This document shows positions 18,663-29,737 of a stretch of 64,000 bases of DNA, one piece after another (the stretch's first letter is position 1; every line of letters begins with the position of its first letter). Origin of the DNA: a virus. A program made the position numbers and the translations under genes. The stretch lies in IMG/VR virus record IMGVR_UViG_3300044568_004391, positions 87,985 through 151,984 of that record; one strand, 5' to 3'. A model generated the notes under the pieces. That model did no database searches, was not told the origin of the DNA, and saw only the letters and a list, made by a program, of their open reading frames with translations.

Positions 18663-19070
18663 ATGAATTTGATTCAATCTGAAGTTGGAAAAAGTCCCAT
18701 TTTACCGGATCACGTTAAGAATTATTTGATTGATATTGACGGAACAATCACCGATGATGTTCCCAATGAAGAACCAGAAAGAATGGTGTCCTGTCTTCCC
18801 TTTGTGGATGCCGTTGAAACCATAAACAAATGGTTTGATGAAGGTCATATAATCACCTTTTTTACATCAAGAACTGAAGAACATAGAAAAATCACAGAAG
18901 AATGGTTGATAAAACACAACATCAATTACCATAATCTTCTTATGAATAAACCCAGAGGTGGAAACTATCATTGGATTGATAATCATATTGTTAGAGCAAC
19001 AAGATATGATGGTGTTTGGGGTGATTTGATAAAAAAGAAAGTTGACATAGAAGTTTTTGAAGAAAAATGA
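18663..19070 (+). CDS. HAD-superfamily phosphatase
   Basis: DIDGT motif, FTSR, KP, WIDN. Confidence 0.8.
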   Translation: MNLIQSEVGKSPILPDHVKNYLIDIDGTITDDVPNEEPERMVSCLPFVDAVETINKWFDEGHIITFFTSRTEEHRKITEEWLIKHNINYHNLLMNKPRGGNYHWIDNHIVRATRYDGVWGDLIKKKVDIEVFEEK

Positions 19071-20458
19071 TTACAGTAGGATTTTCAACAAGAAAGATTA
19101 ATCCCACCTTTGTTGAGTATATAAAAAATACAATCGGTCCAAAAAATGTTGAGATAATTCCCATTGAAAACGATGGGGTTTATTCTTTAACACAAGCTTA
19201 CAATATGATTTTGGATCAAGCATCCAATGATATTGTTATATTGTGTCATGATGACATTTATTTTGAAAAAACTTACTGGGGAAAAAGGTTATTGGACCAC
19301 TTCAACAAAAATCCTGAATATGGGATCTTGGGTGTTGCCGGAACAACTTACTATCCGAAGTCAGGAAGATGGTGGGACATTCAAGGAGAAATGGTTGGTC
19401 AAGTTTATCACGAACATCAAGGGAAAAAATGGCTTTCCCAATATAACAAACCATTTGGTTCTAAAATAATCGATACTGTAATTGTGGATGGATTATTTTT
19501 GGGTGTAAAAAAATCCAACATAAAGAAAAAGTTTAATGAAGAAGTTCAGGGATTTCATTTCTATGATACAACTTTTTGTCTTGAAAATTTCTTGGAAGGT
19601 GTAAAAGTTGGAACTATATCTAACATTGAAATTACACACAAATCAATAGGTATGACTAATCAAGAATGGGAAAGAAACAGACAATTATTCGTCAAAAAAT
19701 TTGAAGATAATTTACCAATCAAATTAAAATCTCAATATCCAAAGATTGAACTTGACACCACCAAACCTATTGTTTCAGTTATAATTCCAATCTACAATTA
19801 TGGAATTCAATTTGAAAAGACATTGAATTCGGTATACGATTCAACATATAAAAATGTAGAAATCATTATTGTTAATGACGGATCCACAGATCAATATGTG
19901 TTAGAAAAACTAAAATCTTTGTCTGATATACCAAATATCAAAATTATCAATCAAGAAAATAAGGGTCCCTCGGCTGCGAGAAATAGAGGTGTACAAGAAT
20001 CAAAAGGTGACTATATTTTACCTTTGGACGCTGATGACATGATAAAACCGGAATACATTGAATCTTGTTTAAGAATTCTCAAGAAGAATCCAAATGTGAG
20101 TCCTGTATATTGTGATACTCATCATATAGGTGAAATGCAAGGAATTGAAAAAAGACCCGAATGGAGCGAGGAAAGATTAATTCAGGGACCTTTTATTGTT
20201 AATTGTTCCATGTTCCACCGAAAAGCTTTTGAGGATTGTGAAGGTTTCGATGAGGCATTGAAAGGTTGGGAAGATTATCATTTTTGGCTAAAAATGATGA
20301 AAAAAGGATATAAGGGTGTTAGAATACCAAAACCTTTGTTTGTTTATTTTCATCACGAAAAGGATGGTACTATCTCAACTGAGGCTAATGTAAATCAACA
20401 AGTTTTATATCAACAAATAATGGAAAAAATTAATAATTTTTCAAATCATGAAAATTAA
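19067..20458 (+). CDS. two-domain GT2 glycosyltransferase
   Basis: CHDD domain plus VSVIIPIYN, VNDGSTD and LDADD domain. Confidence 0.9.
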   Translation: MITVGFSTRKINPTFVEYIKNTIGPKNVEIIPIENDGVYSLTQAYNMILDQASNDIVILCHDDIYFEKTYWGKRLLDHFNKNPEYGILGVAGTTYYPKSGRWWDIQGEMVGQVYHEHQGKKWLSQYNKPFGSKIIDTVIVDGLFLGVKKSNIKKKFNEEVQGFHFYDTTFCLENFLEGVKVGTISNIEITHKSIGMTNQEWERNRQLFVKKFEDNLPIKLKSQYPKIELDTTKPIVSVIIPIYNYGIQFEKTLNSVYDSTYKNVEIIIVNDGSTDQYVLEKLKSLSDIPNIKIINQENKGPSAARNRGVQESKGDYILPLDADDMIKPEYIESCLRILKKNPNVSPVYCDTHHIGEMQGIEKRPEWSEERLIQGPFIVNCSMFHRKAFEDCEGFDEALKGWEDYHFWLKMMKKGYKGVRIPKPLFVYFHHEKDGTISTEANVNQQVLYQQIMEKINNFSNHEN

Positions 20459-21182
20459 AATTGTAAGTACTTTTTGGAATTGTAGTCAATATATAGAAGA
20501 TTGTATACTGTCAGTTAAGAACCAAACATTCAAGGATTTTGAAATGTTTTTAATTGACGATATGTCACAGGATGATACAGTTGAAAAAATTAAAAAAGTC
20601 ATAAAAAACGATTCGAGATTTCATCTCATAGTCAATGAAGAAAAAAAGTATAAATTAAAAAATATGGATGATTTAATTACGGATGAGTCTTTTTTTGACG
20701 ATGATGATGTGATTGTAGAGTTAGATGGTGATGATAAGTTATATGATTCATATGTTATTGAAAAAATCAATAACAAGTATTTGAATAATAAAAATTTATG
20801 GATTACAAATGGCAGTTTTATTTTTTCAGATGGAAATCCAGGATTCTCATCCAAAGTAAATCCATTCACCATAAGAAAAGATATTTTTAGATTTTCTCAC
20901 CTGAGAACATGGAAAGCTCACTTGTGGCGTTCCATCGATGAAGAATCTTTTATCGGTCCTGACAATGAATATTTTAAGTCAGCACCTGATGTTGCGTATT
21001 CTTTCCCAATGGTTGAAATGGCTGGTTTAAGGCACTACGAATACATACCTGATATAATGTATGTATATAACGCTTCAAGTCCATTCAATGAGAATAAACC
21101 CAAAAGTTCTATGGGAGGTTTAAATGACGTAATAAAAAACGAACATTTCATTAGAAAAATGAAATCATATAATCCTATATAA
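20448..21182 (+). CDS. GT2 glycosyltransferase
   Basis: IDDMSQD and ELDGDD motifs. Confidence 0.85.
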   Translation: MKIKIVSTFWNCSQYIEDCILSVKNQTFKDFEMFLIDDMSQDDTVEKIKKVIKNDSRFHLIVNEEKKYKLKNMDDLITDESFFDDDDVIVELDGDDKLYDSYVIEKINNKYLNNKNLWITNGSFIFSDGNPGFSSKVNPFTIRKDIFRFSHLRTWKAHLWRSIDEESFIGPDNEYFKSAPDVAYSFPMVEMAGLRHYEYIPDIMYVYNASSPFNENKPKSSMGGLNDVIKNEHFIRKMKSYNPI

Positions 21183-21184
21183 AA

Positions 21185-22018
21185 ATGATTAAAATTAACA
21201 TGATTGGAGGCGGATTTCAACACGACATTTGCTCTTCAGCAATGAATACAAACAAATATGTTGAATGGGTCAAGGACCGATCCGCTAATATAAGCATTCA
21301 TATAGATGATGCACTAAAGTCAGAGGTTGACCCAAAAAAAAAGAATTACGGTTGGTTTTCTGAATCGAGTGCTGTTATACCAAAAATTATTGAAGATGTT
21401 AAAAACAACATCACAATTTATAAAGAAAAATATGAATTTATTTTTACACATGATAAGAGAATTGTTGACACAGATCCAACATTCTTTAAATTTACCCTCC
21501 CAAATGCACTACCTTGGATAAAAAATCAGGAAATTTATACTAAAAATAAAAATATTTCTTTTATTGTTTCTAGTAAAAACTTCACTTCGGGTCACAAGTA
21601 TCGTTTAGATGTTTTGAAAAAACATGAAGGTAAAAACATAGAACATTTTGGAAAAGGTTTTCGGAATGAATTACCTTGGTCTATAATTTTCAATAATATA
21701 GAAGAAAACGGTAAAATATTGGCGTTAAAGGACTTTAGATTTTCATTTGCATTTGAAAATGACAATTACCCATCAATTTTTTGTGAAAAAATAACAGATT
21801 GTTTTGCCACAGGTACAATTCCTATATATTGGGGTACTCCGGATATTGGTGATTATTTTGACACAAATGGTATTATTTTTTATAATGATGATTTAAATAT
21901 TGAGAATTTGAATGAAGACTTATATTATAGTAAAATGGATTCAGTTAGAAACAATTTTGATTTGATCAAAAATTTATTGAGTGCTGAAGATTATATTTAT
22001 GAAAACTATTTGAAATGA
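21185..22018 (+). CDS. GT10-like alpha-1,3-fucosyltransferase
   Basis: FAFEN.....CEKITD.F..GTIPIYWG. Confidence 0.8.
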   Translation: MIKINMIGGGFQHDICSSAMNTNKYVEWVKDRSANISIHIDDALKSEVDPKKKNYGWFSESSAVIPKIIEDVKNNITIYKEKYEFIFTHDKRIVDTDPTFFKFTLPNALPWIKNQEIYTKNKNISFIVSSKNFTSGHKYRLDVLKKHEGKNIEHFGKGFRNELPWSIIFNNIEENGKILALKDFRFSFAFENDNYPSIFCEKITDCFATGTIPIYWGTPDIGDYFDTNGIIFYNDDLNIENLNEDLYYSKMDSVRNNFDLIKNLLSAEDYIYENYLK

Positions 22019-22848
22019 TATCGTGTAATTTTTTTGGAGGGTTGGGTAATAATTTATTTCAATTGGCAACAGTGATTGGTATTTCGGAAAAATACAAATT
22101 TGATCTATCAATACCATCGAAAGTAAACAGAGGTAATATATCCATTTACGGTCAATCAGTTGATTTGGAATTTAATAATCTCTTTGAGAATGAATTTATT
22201 TACGACCGAATACCCAAAAACTTAAGAATATATACACATCCCGATTTAAATTTAAACAGAACTGATTATTCTTTTGTTGAACTACCAGTACAGGATAATA
22301 CAATTTATCATGGGTATTTTCAATCTGAAAAATATTTTTCAGGAGTAAACATCAAAGAAATTTTAAAATTAAAAAAAGAAAATATAGATTTAGTAAAAGA
22401 CAAATTCAACTCTTTTTTCGATAGAAAAACAGTTTCATTACATTATAGATTGGGTGGAGATCGGGTTACAAATCACATGCAATACTATCATAAGAATGTT
22501 TCGGTTGACTATTACAAGACGTGTATAGACCAAATCAAAAAAGAAAGCTCTGAAGATTTTAATATATTAATTTTTACAGACAACATGAAAATGTGTAAAG
22601 AAAAACTATCAGAGATTGATGAAAATTTTATATACATAGATAATGGGAACTCAAACATTTTAGATTTTACATTCATGAGTTTGTGTGACATTAACATTGT
22701 GGGAAACTCTACTTTTTCATGGTGGAGTGCATATCTGAATCAAAATGATAATAACACAGTTTTTGTTACTGAAAGTGAATGGTTTGGTCCCGGATATAAA
22801 CATTTCAATTTGAAGGACACCTTCCCCGAAAAATGGATAAGAATATAA
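22015..22848 (+). CDS. GT11 alpha-1,2-fucosyltransferase
   Basis: GGLGN, GYFQSEKYF, HYRLGGD and NSTFSWW motifs. Confidence 0.9.
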   Translation: MISCNFFGGLGNNLFQLATVIGISEKYKFDLSIPSKVNRGNISIYGQSVDLEFNNLFENEFIYDRIPKNLRIYTHPDLNLNRTDYSFVELPVQDNTIYHGYFQSEKYFSGVNIKEILKLKKENIDLVKDKFNSFFDRKTVSLHYRLGGDRVTNHMQYYHKNVSVDYYKTCIDQIKKESSEDFNILIFTDNMKMCKEKLSEIDENFIYIDNGNSNILDFTFMSLCDINIVGNSTFSWWSAYLNQNDNNTVFVTESEWFGPGYKHFNLKDTFPEKWIRI

Positions 22849-23939
22849 ATTTTTTTTCAACCACAATATCAAAGAAGGGTATAGATAATGTTGTAAAAGT
22901 GTTGGAATCAGGATTAATTTCTGCAGGTAAAATCGCGGATCAGTTTGAAAATGAGTTATCAAAGTATGGATTTACAAATCCTGTAACCCTGAACAGTGGT
23001 ACTGTAACAATGCATTTGGCGTTAATTGCGTCGGGTGTTAAAAAAGGAGATGAAGTTATAATCCCGGCTCAAACTTTTATTGCTACAGGACTTGCTGTTT
23101 TATATGTTGGTGCTGTTCCCGTTTTTGCGGATATTAATAGTTATGACGGTAATATTTCAGTAGAATCAATAAAAGATAAAATAACCGAAAAAACCAAAGC
23201 AATTATACCTGTTCATTGGGGTGGATATCCTTGTAACATGGATGAAATAAACCAACTCGCTAAGAAATATAATCTATCGGTTATTGAGGATGCGGCACAC
23301 GCATTTGGGTCTGAATATAAAGGAAAAAAAATAGGTTCAATATCAAGGTTCACTTCTTTTTCATTTCAAGCAATAAAACATTTAACAACTGGTGATGGTG
23401 GAGTTTTATGTTGTGAGAGTAAAAATGATTATGATTTAATTAAAAGATTAAGATGGTTTGATATTGATAGGGAAAATTCTAAGGTGGGTTTTTTAGGTGA
23501 GAGAGAGTATGATGCAACAAATGTAGGTTTCAAATATCATATGAATGATTTATCTGCTAGTTTGGGTATAGGAAATTTAGAATTCATAAATGAAAGACTA
23601 AATAGAATAAAAGAAATATCAAATTTTTATAATGAAAAACTAAAAGATATTCCTGGTTTAAAAAAAATGATCTATACCGATGATCGAAAATCATCATATT
23701 GGCTTTATCCTATATTAGTAGAAAGAAGGAATGATTTTATTAAAAAAATGAAAGAAAAAAACATACCAGTTTCAGTTGTTCATTTGGGTATTGATAAAAA
23801 CACAATTTTTGGTGGTATAAATAATGATTTGATTAATCAAAGATTTTTTGATAATAACCAAATACATCTACCAATTAACGATCAACTTAGTGATGATCAA
23901 ATAGACTACATAATTAACTCAGTCACATCAGGGTGGTAA
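22833..23939 (+). CDS. DegT/DnrJ/EryC1/StrS PLP-dependent sugar aminotransferase
   Basis: IEDAAHA; SFQAIKHLTTGDGG with the catalytic Lys. Confidence 0.9.
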   Translation: MDKNINFFSTTISKKGIDNVVKVLESGLISAGKIADQFENELSKYGFTNPVTLNSGTVTMHLALIASGVKKGDEVIIPAQTFIATGLAVLYVGAVPVFADINSYDGNISVESIKDKITEKTKAIIPVHWGGYPCNMDEINQLAKKYNLSVIEDAAHAFGSEYKGKKIGSISRFTSFSFQAIKHLTTGDGGVLCCESKNDYDLIKRLRWFDIDRENSKVGFLGEREYDATNVGFKYHMNDLSASLGIGNLEFINERLNRIKEISNFYNEKLKDIPGLKKMIYTDDRKSSYWLYPILVERRNDFIKKMKEKNIPVSVVHLGIDKNTIFGGINNDLINQRFFDNNQIHLPINDQLSDDQIDYIINSVTSGW

Positions 23940-24022
23940 ACAATATTACTATTTATATTCTAAAATTTTAGAATATAATGTTATGAATTACTTGGTTAAA
24001 TAAATTCTATAAGATAAAAAAA

Positions 24023-24952
24023 ATGAAAAAAATAATATTAGTGGGTGGTTTTGGATTTTTGGGTAAAAATCTACAGGAGGTTTTCAAAAATGATAATTAT
24101 GAAGTTTTTCCTATTTCAAGAAAAAACGGATATGATTTGTTGGAAAAAAACAAAATAAAAAAATTGATTGAAGATGTTAATCCTGATTATATCATCAATT
24201 GTGCCGCATATGTCGGTAGTTTGGAGTACGTTAACAATCATGTTGCGGATGTTATCTCAAATAATATTCTGTTAGGGTTAAATTTATGGGAGATTCTCAA
24301 AGAAGTTAAATTTGACGGAATTGTGATAAATCCTATTTCTAACTGTACATATCCTGGAAAGGCTGATTTACAAAGAGAGGAAGAATGGTGGGATGGTATG
24401 GTTCATCCGAGTATTATATCATACGGTACTGCGAAAAAAACAATTTACATGATAAATAAATGTTATGAAAAACAATATGGTATAAAAACAATAAACATAA
24501 TTATGCCAAATTCATATGGTGAATATGATTATGAAGATGAAAATAGAGTTCATGCCTTGAATGGTATTATAATCAGAATGTTGAAGATGGTAAAAAAGGG
24601 TGAAAAACAATTTACTGTGTGGGGATCTGGTACACCGATTAGAGAATGGGGTTATATGCCAGACACCGCTAGATTTATTAAATACATAATAGATAATGAT
24701 ATTATTGAATTACCTAATCCAATAAACTTAGGTCAAGGTAAAGGACATACTATAAATGAAATTACACAAATGATTAAATCATATATCGATGACGACATAA
24801 TAATTTCTAATGACATTTCTAAGATAGATGGTGATCCAATAAAGATATTAGATGGTAATCTGTTTAGAAATGAGTTCCCTGATTTTGAGTTTACAGATTT
24901 GGATGATGGAATACAAAATACTATCAAGTATTATAAAGAGATAATTTTATAA
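24023..24952 (+). CDS. GDP-L-fucose synthase / ColC-like reductase
   Basis: GGFGFLG, YGTAK, VWGSGTPIRE. Confidence 0.8.
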   Translation: MKKIILVGGFGFLGKNLQEVFKNDNYEVFPISRKNGYDLLEKNKIKKLIEDVNPDYIINCAAYVGSLEYVNNHVADVISNNILLGLNLWEILKEVKFDGIVINPISNCTYPGKADLQREEEWWDGMVHPSIISYGTAKKTIYMINKCYEKQYGIKTINIIMPNSYGEYDYEDENRVHALNGIIIRMLKMVKKGEKQFTVWGSGTPIREWGYMPDTARFIKYIIDNDIIELPNPINLGQGKGHTINEITQMIKSYIDDDIIISNDISKIDGDPIKILDGNLFRNEFPDFEFTDLDDGIQNTIKYYKEIIL

Positions 24953-25755
24953 TGAAAAAGTTTTATATAATTACTAAAGTTTATGATGGTGATGGTTTTT
25001 TTGCTAAATTCAATCATGTTTTGATGCATTTATATAAAGGAGATGAACTTGGTTTAATACCATATGTGGATTATACCAAACCTTCAAATCTCAGAGATTA
25101 CACAAATAATGAAACTAACAATGAATGGGAATATTGTTTTGAACAGAATTATACTTTTGATGAAGTTTATAATTCCGATCATACCATGTCAGATGGATTA
25201 TTTCAAGGTTGGTACCCAGCTCAAGGTAAGAATTACAGAAATTCTGACTTAACAAAGAGATTGAATTACCTTTATCATAAATACATAAAAGTAAAACCTG
25301 AAATTCAAAATAAAGTAGATCAAGAAATTTTTAACTACAAAACTTTGGGTGTTCATTGTAGGAGAAGTGACATGAACAGATACCACCCCGAAATCGCATT
25401 GAATATTACAAACGAAATTTTTTTTCAGAAAACTATGAAAATTTATGAAGAAAATAATTTTGAAAAAATATATATAGCGACTGAAGAAATTGAAATAATT
25501 AATTATTTTAAATCAAAAATACCTGAAAAAATTATCTATCAAGATTGTTTTAGAGTTAACAAAAATGAGTCTCCTGTTCATAAACAAGACGACAGACCTT
25601 TACACAGAACTCTACAATGTCAGGAAGTTTTGATTGATGCTTTGAACCTTGCAAATTGTAATTCTTTTTTATGTGGAATTTCGGGTGTATCGAACGCAGT
25701 TGCGTATATCAATGGTTTAAAATTTGAAAATGTGTACTATTTTGATGAAATATAA
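24952..25755 (+). CDS. NodZ/O-fucosyltransferase-like glycosyltransferase
   Basis: GVHCRRSD, IYIATEE and SGVS motifs. Confidence 0.7.
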   Translation: MKKFYIITKVYDGDGFFAKFNHVLMHLYKGDELGLIPYVDYTKPSNLRDYTNNETNNEWEYCFEQNYTFDEVYNSDHTMSDGLFQGWYPAQGKNYRNSDLTKRLNYLYHKYIKVKPEIQNKVDQEIFNYKTLGVHCRRSDMNRYHPEIALNITNEIFFQKTMKIYEENNFEKIYIATEEIEIINYFKSKIPEKIIYQDCFRVNKNESPVHKQDDRPLHRTLQCQEVLIDALNLANCNSFLCGISGVSNAVAYINGLKFENVYYFDEI

Positions 25756-25874
25756 TTTCATTTTATGTTCGATAAAAAAACAAAATATAAAATAAATTAT
25801 TAAAATTTTATTTTTAATACTTCAAACGGTAATGTTTATAGTCTTAACAAAAAGTATCAATTGATCAGAAAAAA

Positions 25875-26480
25875 ATGAAAAATTATTCAAAAAAAGAACT
25901 CATAGATTTTGAAACAAAAATCGGAGATTTATTCAATGAAGGTAAAATTAGATCACCTATACACTTATACTACGGAAATGAAGATAAAATGATTGAAATA
26001 TTTAAAAAAATTAAAGACGAAGATTGGATTTTTTGTACATGGAGATCTCATTACCAGTGTCTTCTCAAAGGAGTTAATCCTGAATTATTAACAGAAGATA
26101 TTTTGAAAGGTAAATCAATAACTTTATGTTATCCAAATTTTAAAATTTATTCTTCAGCAATTGTTGCAGGAAACATTCCAATTGCGACGGGAGTTGCTAT
26201 GGATATTAAAAGAAAAAAAGAAAAAAATCATGTTTGGTGTTTTGTTGGGGATATGGCCTCAGAAACTGGTACTTTTTTCGAAAATTGGAAATATTCAGTA
26301 AATTATGATTTACCTATAACTTTTATTATTGAAAACAACAATAAATCTGTTTGTACAGTAACAAGTGATGTTTGGAAAACTGAAGAACTTTTTTTTAAAA
26401 ATGAAAAAAGGAAAATAATCTATTACGAATATGAATCAAAATATCCACACGCTGGTTCAGGAAAAAGGATTCAATTTTGA
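25875..26480 (+). CDS. TPP-dependent E1-alpha-like subunit
   Basis: IHLYYGNE, WRSH, GDMASE...ENN. Confidence 0.85.
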   Translation: MKNYSKKELIDFETKIGDLFNEGKIRSPIHLYYGNEDKMIEIFKKIKDEDWIFCTWRSHYQCLLKGVNPELLTEDILKGKSITLCYPNFKIYSSAIVAGNIPIATGVAMDIKRKKEKNHVWCFVGDMASETGTFFENWKYSVNYDLPITFIIENNNKSVCTVTSDVWKTEELFFKNEKRKIIYYEYESKYPHAGSGKRIQF

Positions 26481-26500
26481 AAATTAAAGAATATAATTAA

Positions 26501-27037
26501 ATGAAATATTTTGATGAATTAAAAAAATCAATGAATTGGTTGTCACAAAAAGAAGATACATTATTTTTGGGTCAAGCAATAGAATTTCCAGGTACAGCAA
26601 TTACAAATACATTAAAAGATGTTGATAGATCTAAACTTTTGGAAATGCCTGTAAATGAAGACATGCAGATGGGTATGACTTTAGGTATGGCGCTAAATAA
26701 AACAGTTCCGATCTCGATCTATCCTAGATGGAATTTTTTATTGTTATCCGCCAATCAAATAGTGAATCATGTTGATAAAATTAAAATAATGTCAAATGGT
26801 GAATACACACCAAAAATCATAATAAGAACATCCATTGGGTCTCAGAGACCTTTACATCCCCAATATCAACATATTGGGGATTTTACCGCCGGATTCAAAT
26901 CAATGTGTGATTATATCGACATAATAAGACTTGATGAACCTAATCAGATATTTGAGTCGTACAAGTATGCATATGAAAGAAAAGATAACAGACCAACTAT
27001 TTTAGTTGAGTGGGGTGATTACTATAATGAAAAATAA
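26501..27037 (+). CDS. TPP-dependent E1-beta-like subunit (pyrimidine-binding domain only)
   Basis: EMPVNE..Q.G...G.A, NQIVN, QH; only 178 aa. Confidence 0.8.
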   Translation: MKYFDELKKSMNWLSQKEDTLFLGQAIEFPGTAITNTLKDVDRSKLLEMPVNEDMQMGMTLGMALNKTVPISIYPRWNFLLLSANQIVNHVDKIKIMSNGEYTPKIIIRTSIGSQRPLHPQYQHIGDFTAGFKSMCDYIDIIRLDEPNQIFESYKYAYERKDNRPTILVEWGDYYNEK

Positions 27038-27046
27038 AATTACAAA

Positions 27047-28054
27047 ATGATTGAAATAATAAATCGAGATATTGATAAAATCTGTAAAAAAATAGATTTC
27101 TCCCGGATTCAAAATAAAAAAATATTAGTGACAGGGGCATCAGGATTAATTGGTGTTTATTTAATTTCTTGTTTAAAAATTTTCAAAAAAAAAAATAATT
27201 TAGAAATTTACGCTTGGATTAAAAATGAAATTGACGAAAATTTTATTGAAATTTTTTCAGGTTGTAATGTAATAAGGAAGGATCTGACAGATGAAAATTC
27301 ATTTTATGATCTACCCAAATTTGATATTATAATTCATTCCGCTGGTTATGGTCAACCAATTAAATTTATGGATGATAAAATCAGAACAATAAAATTAAAT
27401 ACAATATCGACTATAAAATTATTTGAAAATTTAAAAGATGATGGTAAATTTTTATTTGTAAGCTCAAGTGAAGTTTATAGTGGGTTGGATCGTCAAAATG
27501 TTTCAGAAACCGAAATAGGGACAACAAATACTGACCATGCTAGATCTTGTTATATTGAAGGTAAAAGATGTGGTGAATCTATTTGTTATTCCTACTCAGA
27601 AAAAGGTTACGATGTAAAGATAATTAGATTGAGTTTAGCATATGGACCGGGTACAAAAAAAAATGATCAGAGGGTTTTAAATTCACTAATTCAAAAAGCT
27701 TTGGAAAATGATGTAATTACATTATTAGATCACGGAACTTCAATTAGAACTTTTTTATATATTACGGATGTTATTGAAATGTTTTGGAATATAATTTTAT
27801 TTGGAAAAGAAAAGATGTATAATGTTGGTGGTGAATCTATTATGAGTATCCTGAATTTATCTAAATTAATTGGTGAAGAATTAGGTAAGAATATTAAAGT
27901 ACCAGCAACAGATAACAAACTTGTTGGTAATGCAAACTTTGTAAATATATCGATTAAAAAATACTTGAATGAGTTCGAAAAAAAGGATTTTGTTTCAATT
28001 AAAGAAGGATTGAGGAATACAATCGAATGGCAAAAAAAATTATACGAAAAATGA
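27047..28054 (+). CDS. NAD-dependent epimerase/dehydratase (UDP-GlcA decarboxylase-like)
   Basis: TGASGLIG, SSSEVY, RSCYIEGKR. Confidence 0.85.
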   Translation: MIEIINRDIDKICKKIDFSRIQNKKILVTGASGLIGVYLISCLKIFKKKNNLEIYAWIKNEIDENFIEIFSGCNVIRKDLTDENSFYDLPKFDIIIHSAGYGQPIKFMDDKIRTIKLNTISTIKLFENLKDDGKFLFVSSSEVYSGLDRQNVSETEIGTTNTDHARSCYIEGKRCGESICYSYSEKGYDVKIIRLSLAYGPGTKKNDQRVLNSLIQKALENDVITLLDHGTSIRTFLYITDVIEMFWNIILFGKEKMYNVGGESIMSILNLSKLIGEELGKNIKVPATDNKLVGNANFVNISIKKYLNEFEKKDFVSIKEGLRNTIEWQKKLYEK

Positions 28055-29199
28055 TAAAATTAGTAAGTGATACAATAGACAGAGGTGATATAGAAAGCCT
28101 CATAGAATGGTTAAATCAGGACCCAATCCCTAGACTTACAAAAGGTGAACTTACTTTACAATTGGAGTCTATGTGGGCAAAAAAGATTGGAACCAAATAC
28201 TCTGTTTTTTTGAATTCAGGTTCCTCTGCTATTTTTCTAACTTTATTGGCATTAAAAGAAACGAATAGATTAAAAAATTTAAAAATAATCGTACCTGCTT
28301 TGAGTTGGGTTACTGACGTTAGTTCTCCAATGATTTTGGGTTATGAAACTTTTATGTGTGATTGTAATTTGAATGACTTATCATGTGATCTGGATAAATT
28401 AGAGAATTTATTTAAATCAAAGAACCCTTCTGTTTTCATTTTGGTCTCTCCTTTAGGTTTAGTTCCCAAAATGAAAGAAATAGTAGAGTTATGTGAAAAA
28501 TATGATGTTTTATTATTGGAAGATGTCTGTGAGAGTATGGGATCCAAATATCAAGACACTTACTTGGGTAATTTCGGATTCGCCTCATTTTTTTCAACAT
28601 ATTTTGGACATCATTTATCTACGATAGAAGGTGGATTTATTAATACAAATGATGATGATTTTTATCATGCGTTGTTAATGTTAAGAAGTCACGGATGGGA
28701 CCGTGATTTACCTTCGAAATTTCAGAAAAAACTTAGAAAAGAATATAATTGTGATGAATTCAACTCTCTTTACAATTTTTATTTACCTGGTATGAATTTA
28801 AGATCAACTGATTTACAAGCTTTTTTGGGTATTCGAGCGGTAGGTAAGTTAGATAGATTTGCAGAGGAAAGGAGGAAAAACTTCTTCAAGTATAATAATC
28901 TAATTTCTAAAAACATCCTCTCGTTGAGTGAAAGAGAGGGGGATTTTATATCCAATTTTGCAATGCCTGTACTAAATCACAACAGAAAAAAAATTGTTGA
29001 TAATCTAATTAAGGAACAAATAGAGGTTAGACCATTAATTGCCGGAAATATGGCTCACAAACCGATGTGGAAAGGTGATAGACATGATTTAGAGAATTGT
29101 GACTTAATCGATAAATTTGGTTTTTACTTACCGAACCATCAAGATTTAACTGACGATGAAATTTATAAAATTTCAAAAATTATAAATGAAAATGGATAA
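28051..29199 (+). CDS. ColD-like PLP-dependent NDP-4-keto-6-deoxyhexose 3-dehydratase
   Basis: EDVCES; STYFGHHLSTIEGG has His in place of the catalytic Lys; RSHGWDR. Confidence 0.8.
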   Translation: MIKLVSDTIDRGDIESLIEWLNQDPIPRLTKGELTLQLESMWAKKIGTKYSVFLNSGSSAIFLTLLALKETNRLKNLKIIVPALSWVTDVSSPMILGYETFMCDCNLNDLSCDLDKLENLFKSKNPSVFILVSPLGLVPKMKEIVELCEKYDVLLLEDVCESMGSKYQDTYLGNFGFASFFSTYFGHHLSTIEGGFINTNDDDFYHALLMLRSHGWDRDLPSKFQKKLRKEYNCDEFNSLYNFYLPGMNLRSTDLQAFLGIRAVGKLDRFAEERRKNFFKYNNLISKNILSLSEREGDFISNFAMPVLNHNRKKIVDNLIKEQIEVRPLIAGNMAHKPMWKGDRHDLENCDLIDKFGFYLPNHQDLTDDEIYKISKIINENG

Positions 29200-29737
29200 T
29201 ATTTTTTTTGATAAAAAAACTTTAAAATATTGTGGTGAGAATGTCATAATAGGTAAAACAGTAAGGATTAGAAAACCTGAACTGTGTGTTATTGGAGATG
29301 GAACAATTATTGATGATTTCACTTATATTTCATGTGGAATAACTATCGGTAAATATTGTCACATCGCTTCGAATGTTACAATATCGGGGGGTGAAGGACA
29401 TCTATATATGGATGATTATTCTACAATTTCAAATCATTGTTCTATTCATTGCGCTAGTTCAGATTACAAAGAAGTATCTTTAGACTTACCTTCAGTTCCT
29501 GAAGATTTAAGATTTGGTGGAGAAGTTGGTGAAGTTAACATAGGTAAGTACGTAACAATAGGATCTCATTCTTGTATTCTACCGAATACTATTCTTCCAC
29601 AAGGTTTTGCTTGTGGTGCGTTTTCATTACTCAAATCACAAGAGTATAAAGAATTTTCTTTATATGCTGGAATTCCTGCTAAATTTTTATCAAAAAGGAA
29701 TAAAAATAAACTAAATGAAATAATTAAAAAAAAATGA
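29192..29737 (+). CDS. left-handed beta-helix O-acetyltransferase
   Basis: Hexapeptide repeats; YAGIPAK. Confidence 0.85.
   Translation: MDNIFFDKKTLKYCGENVIIGKTVRIRKPELCVIGDGTIIDDFTYISCGITIGKYCHIASNVTISGGEGHLYMDDYSTISNHCSIHCASSDYKEVSLDLPSVPEDLRFGGEVGEVNIGKYVTIGSHSCILPNTILPQGFACGAFSLLKSQEYKEFSLYAGIPAKFLSKRNKNKLNEIIKKK

Noticed and set aside
25875-27037. Pyruvate dehydrogenase as a central-metabolism auxiliary gene
   Set aside because: Truncated subunits, no E2 or E3, embedded among NDP-sugar genes
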